This document shows, piece after piece, positions 49,681 through 64,000 of a stretch of 64,000 bases of DNA. The stretch is from positions 79,112,001 to 79,176,000 of the forward strand of contig OZ024740.1 in the NCBI GenBank assembly GCA_964016885.1, in the 5' to 3' direction. Below the pieces are notes generated by a model. That model did no database searches, was not told the origin of the DNA, and saw only the letters and a list, made by a program, of their open reading frames with translations. The position numbers were made by a program, and so were the translations under genes. The first letter of the stretch is position 1. Each line of letters starts with the position of its first letter. Source of the stretch: Eledone cirrhosa. Its lineage: Eukaryota.

Positions 49681-50210
49681 CTGTTATCACATTAAGAAGC
49701 CTGTTGTGATTTCTTGTTCCTAGATATCAAAAGCATACCTCATTGTACTCCAATGAGAGGAGTAAATGGTCAGTATGACTGTTTGAGGAATTGCACATCG
49801 TGAAAGCAACCCGTTGTCTCACATAACAAGAAATCCAGAATAATTTCCCTTTGTTCGGATTCAAATCAAACAACATGGAACACAAATGCAGGGAGAACAA
49901 AAACATTACCGTCTTTGCAATGAAATCCAACTCCAACACAGTCATCGCCTTTACACTTTTCAACAGCCCAACATACCATAGTCAACTATTTCAAATTTCA
50001 TCACATGCTCTGATATATCCAATTGGAGCTCAGCGTAATAGTGACCAATAATAATTTAAAAAAAAACATTCTTTTTAGCCGGTTGCGATACCAACATCAA
50101 TTTGAACGGAAATCTGAAGAATTGACACCCGCCTACCTGATTAGGAAACTCTTAGTAATGTTCATGAGTCATTGATTGGTAAACTAAACATACATACATA
50201 CATACATACA

Positions 50211-51203
50211 CCCAGGGAAGTTGCCCAGCAGTACCGCAGTGAATCCATGGATGAAAAACTGCATACTTATCAGCAAAAAAATCATGCATGGATATGTTGA
50301 CCGGAAGCTCCAGTAGTCTATCTTGGACCAACAACCGCTATATTGGGTCTCACTTTGAAGGCTACCCTTTTGCAATCCAACAACAGGAAATCAACACAAA
50401 ATACCTGATTCACAAAAGAGATAGGGATGCAGGCAACACATCTAGATGTGACAACAAGTGCAGACTCTGCAGAAATAATATCGAAGATGTCACCCATGTC
50501 ATAATCAGCTGTCCAAAGATGTCACCACAGTACTATCTACCCATGAGGCATGATGTAGTGGCCAAAACACTGTACAATCCAATCCAAAGAAAAGATAGCC
50601 CCGATAATAAACACATTAAAAGCTACAACAATGTGGAAGACATACATAATATGAAAGAGTACTGGTGGAACACTTCAGTAAAAATAATGATATGGGACAG
50701 GGAAAAGAAGGCAGATGCCAATATAACATCAAAGATTAGTGAAAAGGAAATATCAATGCAGAACTAATGAGAAATCTGCAGATACTCCCCCCAGACAATA
50801 CCTTCAGATTTATGCCTTTGATTATTGGGGCACTGGGATATGTTAGTAACTGCCTCAAAACAAATCTTGAGAAGCTGGGCCTCCCAGGAACAGAAAAAAC
50901 GCGACTAATTAGGAAATTACAAGTACAATCCATTAATGGAACAGTAAAAATATGTAAAACATTCCAAAATTTCTGCATCTAATAACTGCATATACACATG
51001 TACAGATACAAAGCATATGCACATACACACATACAACTCAAAATATACACATCCACACATACAATAACATCCATACCTGCACACACATGCATGCATGCCG
51101 ACATGCATACATATCTACCTAGTTGATGTTGAGAGAGTCTTGTGTCTATGTTAGAAACCGACTCTCTCTATTGGCAAACGTGTGAAATTATAAAACCAGA
51201 AGA
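50211..51203 (+). mobile_element. 5'-truncated R4/Dong-like LINE flanked by (CATA)n
   Basis: EGYPFAIQQQEINTK..KCRLC..EDVTHVIISC..YYLPMRHD (CCHC) and FMPLIIGALG..KICKTF. The REL PD motif is deleted. Confidence 0.82.
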
Positions 51204-51211
51204 ACATACAT

Positions 51212-51326
<115 letters not shown>

Positions 51327-51502
51327 GAGAGAGAGAGAAAGAGGAGGGAGAGAGGGAAGAGTGAGATTGGGAGTTACCAGTTTAGACTACTAGTCCAGCT
51401 TAGTACTCGATATTTAAGAAAGAGTGGTCAGCGTCGAAACAACATGATCTCAGCCGTTGGGCAGTAACTCTGTACTTTACTATAATATACCATTATAACT
51501 TT

Positions 51503-51682
51503 ATGGCAGTATCGGTAGAGGGTCGGACGCCATGCTTTGACGCATAGAGTTACGGCCCTTGCCATTCTGAGTTCAAATCCCGCCGAGGTTAACTTTGCCT
51601 TTCATCCTTACGGGGTGGATAAAATAAAGTACCAGTAATACACTGGGTATTTGCTGGCCTTGTGCCTAACGTAGAAACAATT
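51503..51682 (+). mobile_element. SINE copy
   Basis: Close to the family consensus. Confidence 0.82.
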
Positions 51683-52184
51683 ATAACTTTAGTTAAGCTA
51701 TACTTAAAAATAATAACAAACGGTGTTTTGTTAAACTGTTGCTTGTTGTGTGACAAACATTTACAAAATGTAAGGAGGCACGATCTGTTACCTAAAGTCC
51801 AGGTCGTGTTAGCTGTCTAACCGGAAGTCCCTTCACTGCCGATCGGTTCAATAATCGATCTGCAGTAAAGTTCCTTCCCCATCATTGGAAGAATAAAAAA
51901 AGATATCAAATAGAAGCAGGATGTGTACGAAATACAATTCGTACCTGAAGCAGGACAGAGGATCTTAGAAGACGATCCATTAGTATAGCACCATTTTTTT
52001 TTTATTCCTCCAATGATGTGGAAGTACATATATACCTATATATTATTGAGAATGTATAGATATTGATTATACGAATTGTCATATAACATTTTTGAATAAT
52101 TGGATGTACAACTCCCTTGAAACATGTGTAAGGAATTAAATATGATTTAAAAGAAAAGTTTTCTATTTATATAGTTGATTATAT

Positions 52185-52312
<128 letters not shown>

Positions 52313-52544
52313 GTGTTAAAAAATACATGTGTAACAGAAATAGTAGGAGTGGTGGGAGTGGTGTGGAACATTCTTAGCAAGATAAGGATGGAAGGAAGAC
52401 GTAATGAAAATTAAATATCATGTTGAAAAGGAAATACGAGGTCATGCGACTGGTGACTTCCTGTCTTAGTGGGGAAATTTGATTTCCCTGATTACACTCA
52501 GCTGTTAATTATTTTTCTGACTGATTAAAAGAAAAATATATATA

Positions 52545-53050
52545 GTAAGATATAGTATAGTATAGTATAGTATAGTATGGAATTGTATAGTATAGTATGG
52601 TATAGTGTAGTATAGTATAATATGTATAGAATAGTATATTATGGTATAATATGATATAATATGGTATAATATAGTAAAGTATAGTATAGTTTGGTATGGT
52701 ATACTATAGTATAATTGTTTCTACTTTTGGCACAAGGCCAGCAATTACCCAGTGCATTACTGGTACTTTATTTTATCGACCCCGTGGGGATGAAAGGCAA
52801 AGTTAACCTCGGCGGGATTTGAACTCAGAATGCCAAGGGCCGTAATTCCATGCGTCAAAGCATGGCGTCCGACTCTCTACCGATACTTCTAATCCACCGC
52901 ATGGTATACTATAGTATAATATAGTAATGTATGGTATAAAGTATAATATAGAATAGTATAGTATAGTATGGTATAGTATGGTATAGTATGGTATAATATA
53001 ATATAATATGGTATGGTATAGTATAGTATGGTATAGTATAGTATGGTACA
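52545..53050 (-). mobile_element. SINE copy (52712-52900) embedded in a degenerate (TATAG)n pentanucleotide tract
   Basis: Reverse-complement consensus. ATGGTATACTATAGTATAAT occurs on both sides (TSD-like). Confidence 0.8.
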
Positions 53051-53554
53051 CCATACTATGTATGTAAATAAAAGTGGATGTGATAGAGAAAGTGGAGCTG
53101 TGATAGTGTTGTTGTTTTGACTCAAGTTAACTCTGAACAAATGAGGGAGTCTTTGTGTATTCGTTCTACTTGCTAGAAATAACTACCAAATCTCCCTAAA
53201 TTAAACTCCAGCAAAGAGCACAAATTAGATGACCCAAAATTGATGGGGTAGCCACGAACGGAATGGTTTTCATCATGGCTCTATTCGATCAGACGTGATT
53301 TGGACCTAAAAAACATCAAGAACATTATACCACACAAAACAAGTAGTATGCTTCCTCGACCTTCTAGAATTAGCAGTCATATGCGCCCCAACAAAACAAC
53401 ACTATCATTATCTAATGGGAAGGACTCATTAGACAAGTAGGTATGGTTATGACTGACGTCTTTGATCACATGTCTGTCCGATCACTTCTTAGTTGAGGAT
53501 AAACAACAGTCGCATTACATGTATCATTAATGATATATATATATATATGGAAAA

Positions 53555-53637
53555 TGCTCACTGATGATCTGAACTTTTCCATTGGAAGTCCCTAGGGATC
53601 TCCAATCTTTTGTGAAGTGAAACCGTCGGTAAAAGCA
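53555..53637 (+). ncRNA. Hammerhead motif with intact core, long stem II and imperfect stem I
   Basis: TGCTca-CTGATGA-(51 nt)-GAAAC CGTCG GTA-aaAGCA, between (TA)n tracts. Confidence 0.55.
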
Positions 53638-53718
53638 AATGGAATAGGTAAATATTTAAATTATATTTTTTAATTTATCTTAGAAAATTGTTTGAATCTT
53701 GCTTGCTGCGCTTATCTC

Positions 53719-53791
<73 letters not shown>

Positions 53792-53794
<3 letters not shown>

Positions 53795-54339
53795 TAATCC
53801 CCCACTACATTGCAGATTTTTCTTTGGAACGTATCTAATTTCCTATCGCGGTAATCCCCCGCTACATATCTATCATATAACATATCTATCTTATCGAGGT
53901 ACATCTGAATAAAAAGTGTTTAAAATTCAAACTTATTATATAAGTTTCTATGTGAGTGAAGTGTATATCATTAAGGCTTTAACTATAAAAAAATGTTTTT
54001 ACTTTTCATTCCATTACTGATTTACTGATTGTGTTTTTCTCTAATCTACTACAAACGCTTCATAGATTGATGGGAGATGTGCAGTGTATTACCAAGTAAT
54101 TGGTAACTAGTGGTACGATCGTTGGTGGTAGTTTCTATCAGATAGTTACTGGCTGCTTTTGGTATTTAAATACAAAAGTATGTTTTAATGAATTTATATG
54201 TACTTAAAGGGTGTAGGAAAGGTATTTTAAGGCTTTAAACTATGAAAAAACGGTTGTCTTTATGGTTTCTCTATATCGCGGATTTTTATTTATCGCGGTT
54301 GGTTCTGGAACGTATCCCCGCGATAAACGGGGATTACTC
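53792..54339. mobile_element. Tigger/pogo-like MITE
   Basis: Termini CAGTAATCCCC ... GGGGATTACTC, TA context, and subterminal ATCGCGG motifs typical of Tigger derivatives. Confidence 0.65.
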
Positions 54340-54902
54340 TATATATACGAGGAAGTCTGTGTTTTCGATTGACCTGCTAGAAATAAAAACCAAATCTGTC
54401 TCAAATTATACTCCACCATCTTGAAAACGAAAAGACGGGATTGTCATGGCTAGACCACTGGATGAGATTGACCTGGCATCAAACAACAACATTAAACACG
54501 TTTATTATATGGGCCCAACGAGAAAACCCTCTGTGTGGTTGCTCGACGTGTTAGAAATAGCAGTCAGATTTCCTTCTAATCACAAGCTACTGTACATGAT
54601 AATAAAAAATACGTGATGGTTCCGACTGGAATGCCTTTTATTATCGATCAGTTGAATCAGGGTTGTGCCGGGACTGTGCAACAACAATAATAACAACAAC
54701 ACATACCAGAGCAGCATTAAATACTCTAACTATATTGAAGCAATCGTAATATCGATTAGTATTGATTGCCAAGGATGTTTAGTTTCCCCTGTTTAGGCAA
54801 TAGTATCTCCTTATTTGATATATATTATCGATTATCCTGGTCTGTTAATGATACACACAAACACGTACATGCATACTCAAGTTAGAGTTCGTTTTTATAT
54901 AC

Positions 54903-56240
<1,338 letters not shown>

Positions 56241-56381
56241 ATTACAGCTTTAACATCAATCGGAATATTAAATTGATAGATACGAAGATCCGGAAGATAA
56301 TGACATTCAACAGAATACATCGGCCTAAGGCCGATCTTAATCATATCTACTTGTAGAGGAGCAAGAGAGGAAGAGCAATGG

Positions 56382-59300
56382 CACAATAGGAATTGTTATA
56401 AGACAACAATAGGGGTTTTAGATAGATATAACACAGTAGGAACTGTTATAAGACACTAACAATAGGGGTGTTTAGATAGATATAACACAGTAGGAACTGT
56501 TATAAGTCACTAACAAGAGGGGTGTTTAGATAGATATAACACAGTAGGAACTATTAAAAGACACTAACAATAGGGGTGTTTAGATAGATATAACAGAGGT
56601 AGGAACTCTTATAAGACACTAACAATAGGGGTGTTTAGATAGATATAACACAATAGGAACTGTTAAAAGACACTAACAATATGGGTGTTTAGATAGATAT
56701 AACACAGAAGGAAATGTTATAAGACACTAACAATAGGGGTGTTAAGATAGATATAACACAGTAGGAACTCTTATAAGACACTAACAATAGGGGTGTTTAG
56801 ATAGATATAACACAGTAGGAGCTGTTATAAGACACTAACAATAGGGGTGTTTAGATAGATATGACACAGAAGGAAATGTTATAAGACACTAACAATAGGG
56901 GTGTTTAGATAGATATAACACATTAGGAACTGTTATAAGACAATAACAATAGGGGTGTTTAGATAGATATAACACAGTAGAAACTCTTATAAGACACTAA
57001 CAATAGGGGTGTTTAGATAGATATAACACAGTAGGAGCTGTTATAAGACACTAACAATAGGGGTGTTTAGATAGATATAACACAGTAGGAACTCTTATAA
57101 GACACTAACAATAGGGGTGTTTAGATAGATATAACACAGTAGGAACTCTTATAAAACACTAACAATAGGGGTGTTTAGATAGATATAACACAGAAGGAAA
57201 TGTTATAAGACACTAACAATACGGGTGTTTAGATAGATATAACACAGTAGGAACTCTTATAAGACACTAACAATAGGGGTGTTTAGATAGATATAACAAA
57301 GAAGGAAATGTTATAAGACACTAACAATAGGGGTGTTTAGATAGATATAACACAATAGGAACTGTTATAAGTCACTAACAAGAGGGGTGTTTAGATAGAT
57401 ATAACACAGTAGGAACTCTTATAAGACACTAACAATAGGGGTGTTTAGACAGATATAACACAGTAGGAAATGTTATAAGACACTAACAATAGGGGTGTTT
57501 AGATAGATATAACACAATAGGAACTGTTATAAGACAATAACAATAGGGGTGTTTAGATAATAGATATAACACAGTAGGAACTGTCATAAGACACTAACAA
57601 TAGGGGTATTTAGATAGATATAACACAATAGGAACTGTTGTAAGACAACAATAAGGGTGTTTAGATAGATATAACACAATAGGAACTGTAATAAGACACT
57701 AAAAATAGGGGTGTTTAGATAATAGATATAACACAGTAGGAACTCTTATAAGACAATAACAATAGGGGTGTTTAGATAGATATAACACAAGACGAACTGT
57801 TACAAGACAGTAACAATATGGGTGTTTAGATAGATATAACACAATAGGAACTGTTATAAGACAACAATAGGGGTGTTTAGATAATAGCTATAACACAGTA
57901 GGAACTGTTATAAGACACTAACAATAGGGATGGTTAGATAGATATAACACAATAGGAACTGTTATAAGACAACAATAGGGGTGTTTAGATAGATATAACA
58001 CAGTAGGAACTGTTATAAGACACTAACAATAGGGGTGTTTAGATAGATATAACACAGTAGGAACAGTTATAAGACACTAACAATAGGGATGGTTAGATAG
58101 ATATAAGACAATAGGAACTGTTATAAGACACTAACAATAGGGGTGTTTAGATAATAGATATAACAGAGTAGGAACTGTTATAAGACACTAACAATAGGGG
58201 TGTTTAGATAGATATAAACACAATAGTAACTGTTATAAGACACTAAAAATAGGGGTGTTTAGATAATAGATATAACACAGTAGGAACTGTTATAAGACAC
58301 TAACAATACGGTGTTTAGATAGATATAACACAATAGGAACTGTTGTAAGACAACAATAGGGGTGTTTAGATAGATATAACACAATAGAAACTGTTAAAAG
58401 ACAACAATAGGGGTGTTTAGATAGATATAACACAATAGGAACTGTTATAAGATACTAACGATAGGGGTGTTTAGATAGATATAACACAGTAGGAACTGTT
58501 ATAAGACACTAACAATAGAGGTGTTTAGATAATAGATAGAACACAATAGGAACTGTTATAAGACAGCAATAGGGTTGTTCAGATAATAGATATAACACAG
58601 TAGGAACTGTTATAAGACAACAATAGGGGTGTATAGATAGATATAAAACAATAGGAACTGTTATAAGAAACTAACAATAGGGGTGTTTAGATAGATATAA
58701 CACCTTAGGAACTGTTATAAGACAGCAATAGGAGTTTTAAGATAGATATAATACAGTAGGAACTGTTATAAGACACTAACAATAGGACTGTTTAGATAGA
58801 TATAACACAATAGGAACTGTTATAAGACACTAAAAATAGGGGTGTCTAGATAGATATAACACAATAGGAACTGCTATAAGACACAAACAATAGGGATGTT
58901 TAGATAGATATAACACAATAGGAACTGTTATAAGACACTAACACTAGGGGTGTTTAGATAGATATAACACAGTAGCAACTGTTATAAGACACTAACAATA
59001 GGGGTGTTTAGATAGATATAACACAATAGGAACTGTTATAAGACAACAATAGGGGTGTTTAGATAATAGATATATCACAGTAGAAACTGTCATAAGACAC
59101 TAACAATAGGGATGTTTAGATAGATATAACACAATAGGAACTGTTATAAGACACTAACAATAGGGGTGTTTAGATAATAGATATAACACCCTAGGAACTG
59201 TTATAAGACATTAACAATAGGGGTGTTTAGATAGATATAACAGAGTAGGAGCTGTTATAAGACACTAACAATAGGGGTGTTTAGATAGATATAACACAGT

Positions 59301-62300
59301 AAGAAGTGTTATAAGACACTAACAATATGGGTGTTTAGATAGATATAACACAATAGGAACTGTTATAAGACAACAATAGGGGTGTTTAGATAATAGATAT
59401 AACACCCTAGGAACTGTTATAAGACATTAACAATAGGGTATCTAGATAGATATAACAGAAGAGGAACTGTTATAAGACACTAAAAATATGGGTGTTTAGA
59501 TAGATATAACACAATAGGAACTGTTATAAGACACTAACAATATGGGTGTTTAGATAGATATGACACAATAGGAACTGTTATAAGACAACAATAGGGGTGT
59601 TTAGATAATAGATATAACACAGCAGGAACTGTTATAAGACACTAACAATAGGGTTATTTAGATAGATATAACACAATAGGAACTGCTGTAAGACAACAAT
59701 AGGGGTATTTAGATAGATATAACACAGTAGTAACTCTTATAAGACACTAACAATACGGGTGTTTAGATAGATATAACACAATAGGAACTGTTATAAGACA
59801 CCAATAGGGGTGTTTAGATAATAGATATAACACAGTGGGAACTGTTATAAGACAGTAACAATACGGGTGTTTAGATAATTATGACACAATAGGAACTGTT
59901 ATAAGACACTAGCAATAGGGGTGTTAAGATAATAGATATAACACAGTAAGAACTGTTATAAGACACTAAAAATAGGGCTGTTTAGATAGATATAAAACAA
60001 TAGGAACTGTTATAAGACACTAACAATAGGGGTGTTTAGATAATAGATATAGCAGAGTAGGAACTGTTATAAGACACTAACAATAGGGGTATTTAGATAG
60101 ATATAAAATAATAGGAACTGTTGTAAGACAACAACAGGTGTGTTTAGATACATATAAAAACGTAGGAACTGTCATAGGACACTAACAATAGGGGTGTTTA
60201 GATAGATATAACACAATAGGAACTGCTATAAGACAGCAATAGGGGTGTTTAGATAAATACAACACAGTAGGAAATGTTATAAGACACTAACAATAAGTAG
60301 TGTTTAGATAGATATAACACAATAGGAACTGTTATAAGACACTAACAATAGGGGTGTTTAGATAATAGATATAACACAGTAGGAACTGTTATAAGACACT
60401 AACAATAGGGGTGTTTAGATAGATATAAACACAATAGTAACTGTTATAAGACACTAAAAATAGGGGTGTTTAGATAATAGATATAACACAGTAGGAACTG
60501 TTATAAGACACTAACAATACGGTGTTTAGATAGATATAACACAATAGGAACTGTTGTAAGACAACAATAGGGGTGTTTAGATAGATATAACACAATAGAA
60601 ACTGTTATAAGACAACAATAGGGGTGTTTAGATAGATATAACACAATAGGAACTGTTATAAGATACTAACGATAGGGGTGTTTAGATAGATATAACACAG
60701 TAGGAACTGTTATAAGACACTAACAATAGGGGTGTTTAGATAATAGATAGAACACAATAGGAACTGTTATAAGACAGCAATAGGGTTGTTCAGATAATAG
60801 ATATAACACAGTAGGAACTGTTATAAGACAACAATAGGGGTGTCTAGCTAGATATAAAACAATAGGAACTGTTATAAGAAACTAACAATAGGGGTGTTTA
60901 GATAGATATAACACTTTAGGAACTGTTATTAGACAGCAATAGGAGTTTTTAGATAGATATAATACAGTAGGAACTGTTATAAGACACTAACAATAGGACT
61001 GTTTAGATAGATATAACACAATAGGAACTGTTATAAGACACTAAAAATAGGGGTGTCTAGATAGATATAACACAATAGGAACTACTATAAGACACTAACA
61101 ATAGGGATGTTTAGATAGATATAACACAATAGGAACTGTTATAAGACACTAACAATAGGGGTGTTTAGATAGATATAACACAGTAGGAACTGTTATAAGA
61201 CACTAACAATAGGGGTGTTTAAATAGATATAACACAATAGGAACTGTTATAAGACAACAATAGGGGTGTTTAGATAATAGATATATCACAGTAGAAACTG
61301 TCATAAGACACTAACAATAGGGATGTTTAGATAGATATAACACAACAGGAACTGTTATAAGACACTAACAATAGGGGTGTTTAGATAATAGATATAACAC
61401 CCTAGGAACTGTTATAAGACACTAACAATAGGGGTGTTTAGATAGATATAACACAGTAGGAGCTGTTATAAGACACTAACAATAGGGGTGTTTAGATAGA
61501 TATAACACAGTAGGAACTCTTATAAGACACTAACAATAGGGGTGTTTAGATAGATATAACACAGTAGAAACTCTTATAAAACACTAACAATAGGGGTGTT
61601 TAGATAGATATAACACAGAAGGAAATGTTATAAGACACTAACAATACGGGTGTTTAGATAGATATAACACAGTAGGAACTCTTATAAGACACTAACAATA
61701 GGGGTGTTTAGATAGATATAACACAATAGGAACTGTTATAAGTCACTAACAAGAGGGGTGTTTAGATAGATATAACACAGTAGGAACTCTTATAAGACAC
61801 TAACAATAGGGGTGTTTAGACAGATATAACACAGTAGGAAATGTTATAAGACACTAACAATAGGGGTGTTTAGATAGATATAACACAATAGGAACTGTTA
61901 TAAGACAGTAACAATAGGGGTGTTTAGATAATAGATATAACACAGTAGGAACTGTCATAAGACACTAACAATAGGGGTATTTAGATAGATATAACACAAT
62001 AGGAACTGTTGTAAGACAACAATAAGGGTGTTTAGATAGATATAACACAATAGGAACTGTAATAAGACACTAAAAATAGGGGTGTTTAGATAATAGATAT
62101 AACACAGTAGGAACTCTTATAAGACAATAACAATAGGGGTGTTTAGATAGATATAACACAAGACGAACTGTTACAAGACAGTAACAATAGGGGTGTTTAG
62201 ATAGATATAACACAATAGGAACTGTTATAAGACAACAATAGGGGTGTTTAGATAATAGCTATAACACAGTAGGAACTGTTATAAGACACTAACAATAGGG

Positions 62301-64000
62301 ATGGTTAGATAGATATAACACAATAGGAACTGTTATAAGACAACAATAGGGGTGTTTAGATAGATATAACACAGTAGGAACTGTTATAAGACACTAACAA
62401 TAGGGGTGTTTAGATAGATATAACACAGTAGGAACAGTTATAAGACACTAACAATAGGGATGGTTAGATAGATATAACACAATAGGAACTGTTATAAGAC
62501 ACTAACAATAGGGGTGTTTAGATAATAGATATAACAGAGTAGGAACTGTTATAAGACACTAACAATAGGGGTGTTTAGATAGATATAAACACAATAGTAA
62601 CTGTTATAAGACACTAAAAATAGGGGTGTTTAGATAATAGATATAACACAGTAGGAACTGTTATAAGACACTAACAATACGGTGTTTAGATAGATATAAC
62701 ACAATAGGAACTGTTGTAAGACAACAATAGGGGTGTTTAGATAGATATAACAGAATAGAAACTGTTATAAGACAACAATAGGGGTGTTTAGATAGATATA
62801 ACACAATAGGAACTGTTATAAGATACTAACGATAGGGGTTTTTAGATAGATATAACACAGTAGGAACTGTTATAAGACACTAACAATAGAGGTGTTTAGA
62901 TAATAGATAGAACACAATAGGAACTGTTATAAGACAGCAATAGGGTTGTTCAGATAATAGATATAACACAGTAGGAACTGTTATAAGACAACAATAGGGG
63001 TGTATAGATAGATATAAAACAATAGGAACTGTTATAAGAAACTAACAATAGGGGTGTTTAGATAGATATAACACCTTAGGAACTGTTATAAGACAGCAAT
63101 AGGAGTTTTAAGATAGATATAATACAGTAGGAACTGTTATAAGACACTAACAATAGGACTGTTTAGATAGATATAACACAATAGGAACTGTTATAAGACA
63201 CTAAAAATAGGGGTGTCTAGATAGATATAACACAATAGGAACTGTTATAAGACACTAACAATAGGGGTGTTTAGATAATAGATATAACACCCTAGGAACT
63301 GTTATAAGACATTAACAATAGGGGTGTTTAGATAGATATAACAGAGTAGGAGCTGTTATAAGACACTAACAATAGGGGTGTTTAGATAGATATAACACAG
63401 TAAGAAGTGTTATAAGACACTAACAATATGGGTGTTTAGATATATATAACACAATAGGAACTGTTATAAGACAACAATAGGGGTGTTTAGATAATAGATA
63501 TAACACCCTAGGAACTGTTATAAGACATTAACAATAGGGTATCTAGATAGATATAACAGAAGAGGAACTGTTATAAGACACTAAAAATATGGGTGTTTAG
63601 ATAGATATAACACAATAGGAACTGTTATAAGACACTAACAATATGGGTGTTTAGATAGATATGACACAATAGGAACTGTTATAAGACAACAATAGGGGTG
63701 TTTAGATAATAGATATAACACAGCAGGAACTGTTATAAGACACTAACAATAGGGTTATTTAGATAGATATAACACAATAGGAACTGCTGTAAGACAACAA
63801 TAGGGGTATTTAGATAGATATAACACAGTAGTAACTCTTATAAGACACTAACAATACGGGTGTTTAGATAGATATAACACAATAGGAACTGTTATAAGAC
63901 ACCAATAGGGGTGTTTAGATAATAGATATAACACAGTGGGAACTGTTATAAGACAGTAACAATACGGGTGTTTAGATATTTATGACACAATAGGAACTGT
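56382..64000. repeat. 54-bp satellite array running off the window end
   Basis: Unit ACACAGTAGGAACTGTTATAAGACACTAACAATAGGGGTGTTTAGATAGATATA, with 51- and 57-bp variants and higher-order repeats. Confidence 0.97.

Noticed and set aside
49700-50140. Possible host exon
   Set aside because: No convincing domain or splice-consistent ORF; it lies between LINE remnants and is probably decayed TE sequence.
56382-64000. CRISPR array or repetitive coding exon
   Set aside because: Units are contiguous with no unique spacers, there are no cas genes, the context is eukaryotic, and the monomer has stops in all six frames.

Overview
AT-rich, microsatellite-saturated animal genomic DNA. The repeat families resemble those of octopus/cephalopods (inference). 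No host protein-coding gene is recognisable, and most listed ORFs are translations of microsatellites or antisense shadows of transposons. Recognisable content: a non-autonomous Helitron (two copies); about 14 Deu/Nin-domain-like tRNA-derived SINEs; four R4/Dong-like LINE remnants; three stacked L1-Tx1 elements joined by (ATT)n, one near full length; a Buster/Charlie-type hAT interrupted by a solo-LTR-like insert; a partial tandem Penelope-like element (RT + GIY-YIG) with the same in-frame TAG in both copies; RTE remnants; a Tigger-like MITE; a 1.3-kb compound (CTA)n/(CTG)n repeat; and a 54-bp satellite with higher-order structure filling the last 7.6 kb. The least obvious signal is a dense set of type I hammerhead ribozyme motifs, folded by eye: 8 with an intact core and about 6 degenerate. 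They have palindromic stem III, often very large stem II insertions, and lie mostly in short non-coding, (TA)n-flanked elements, many with inverted duplications. One element (41417-42501), right next to the Penelope-like element, has hammerheads in tandem 523 nt apart, the architecture of a circular-RNA retrozyme. A divergent relative with a 658-nt terminally redundant unit lies at 33073-33778.
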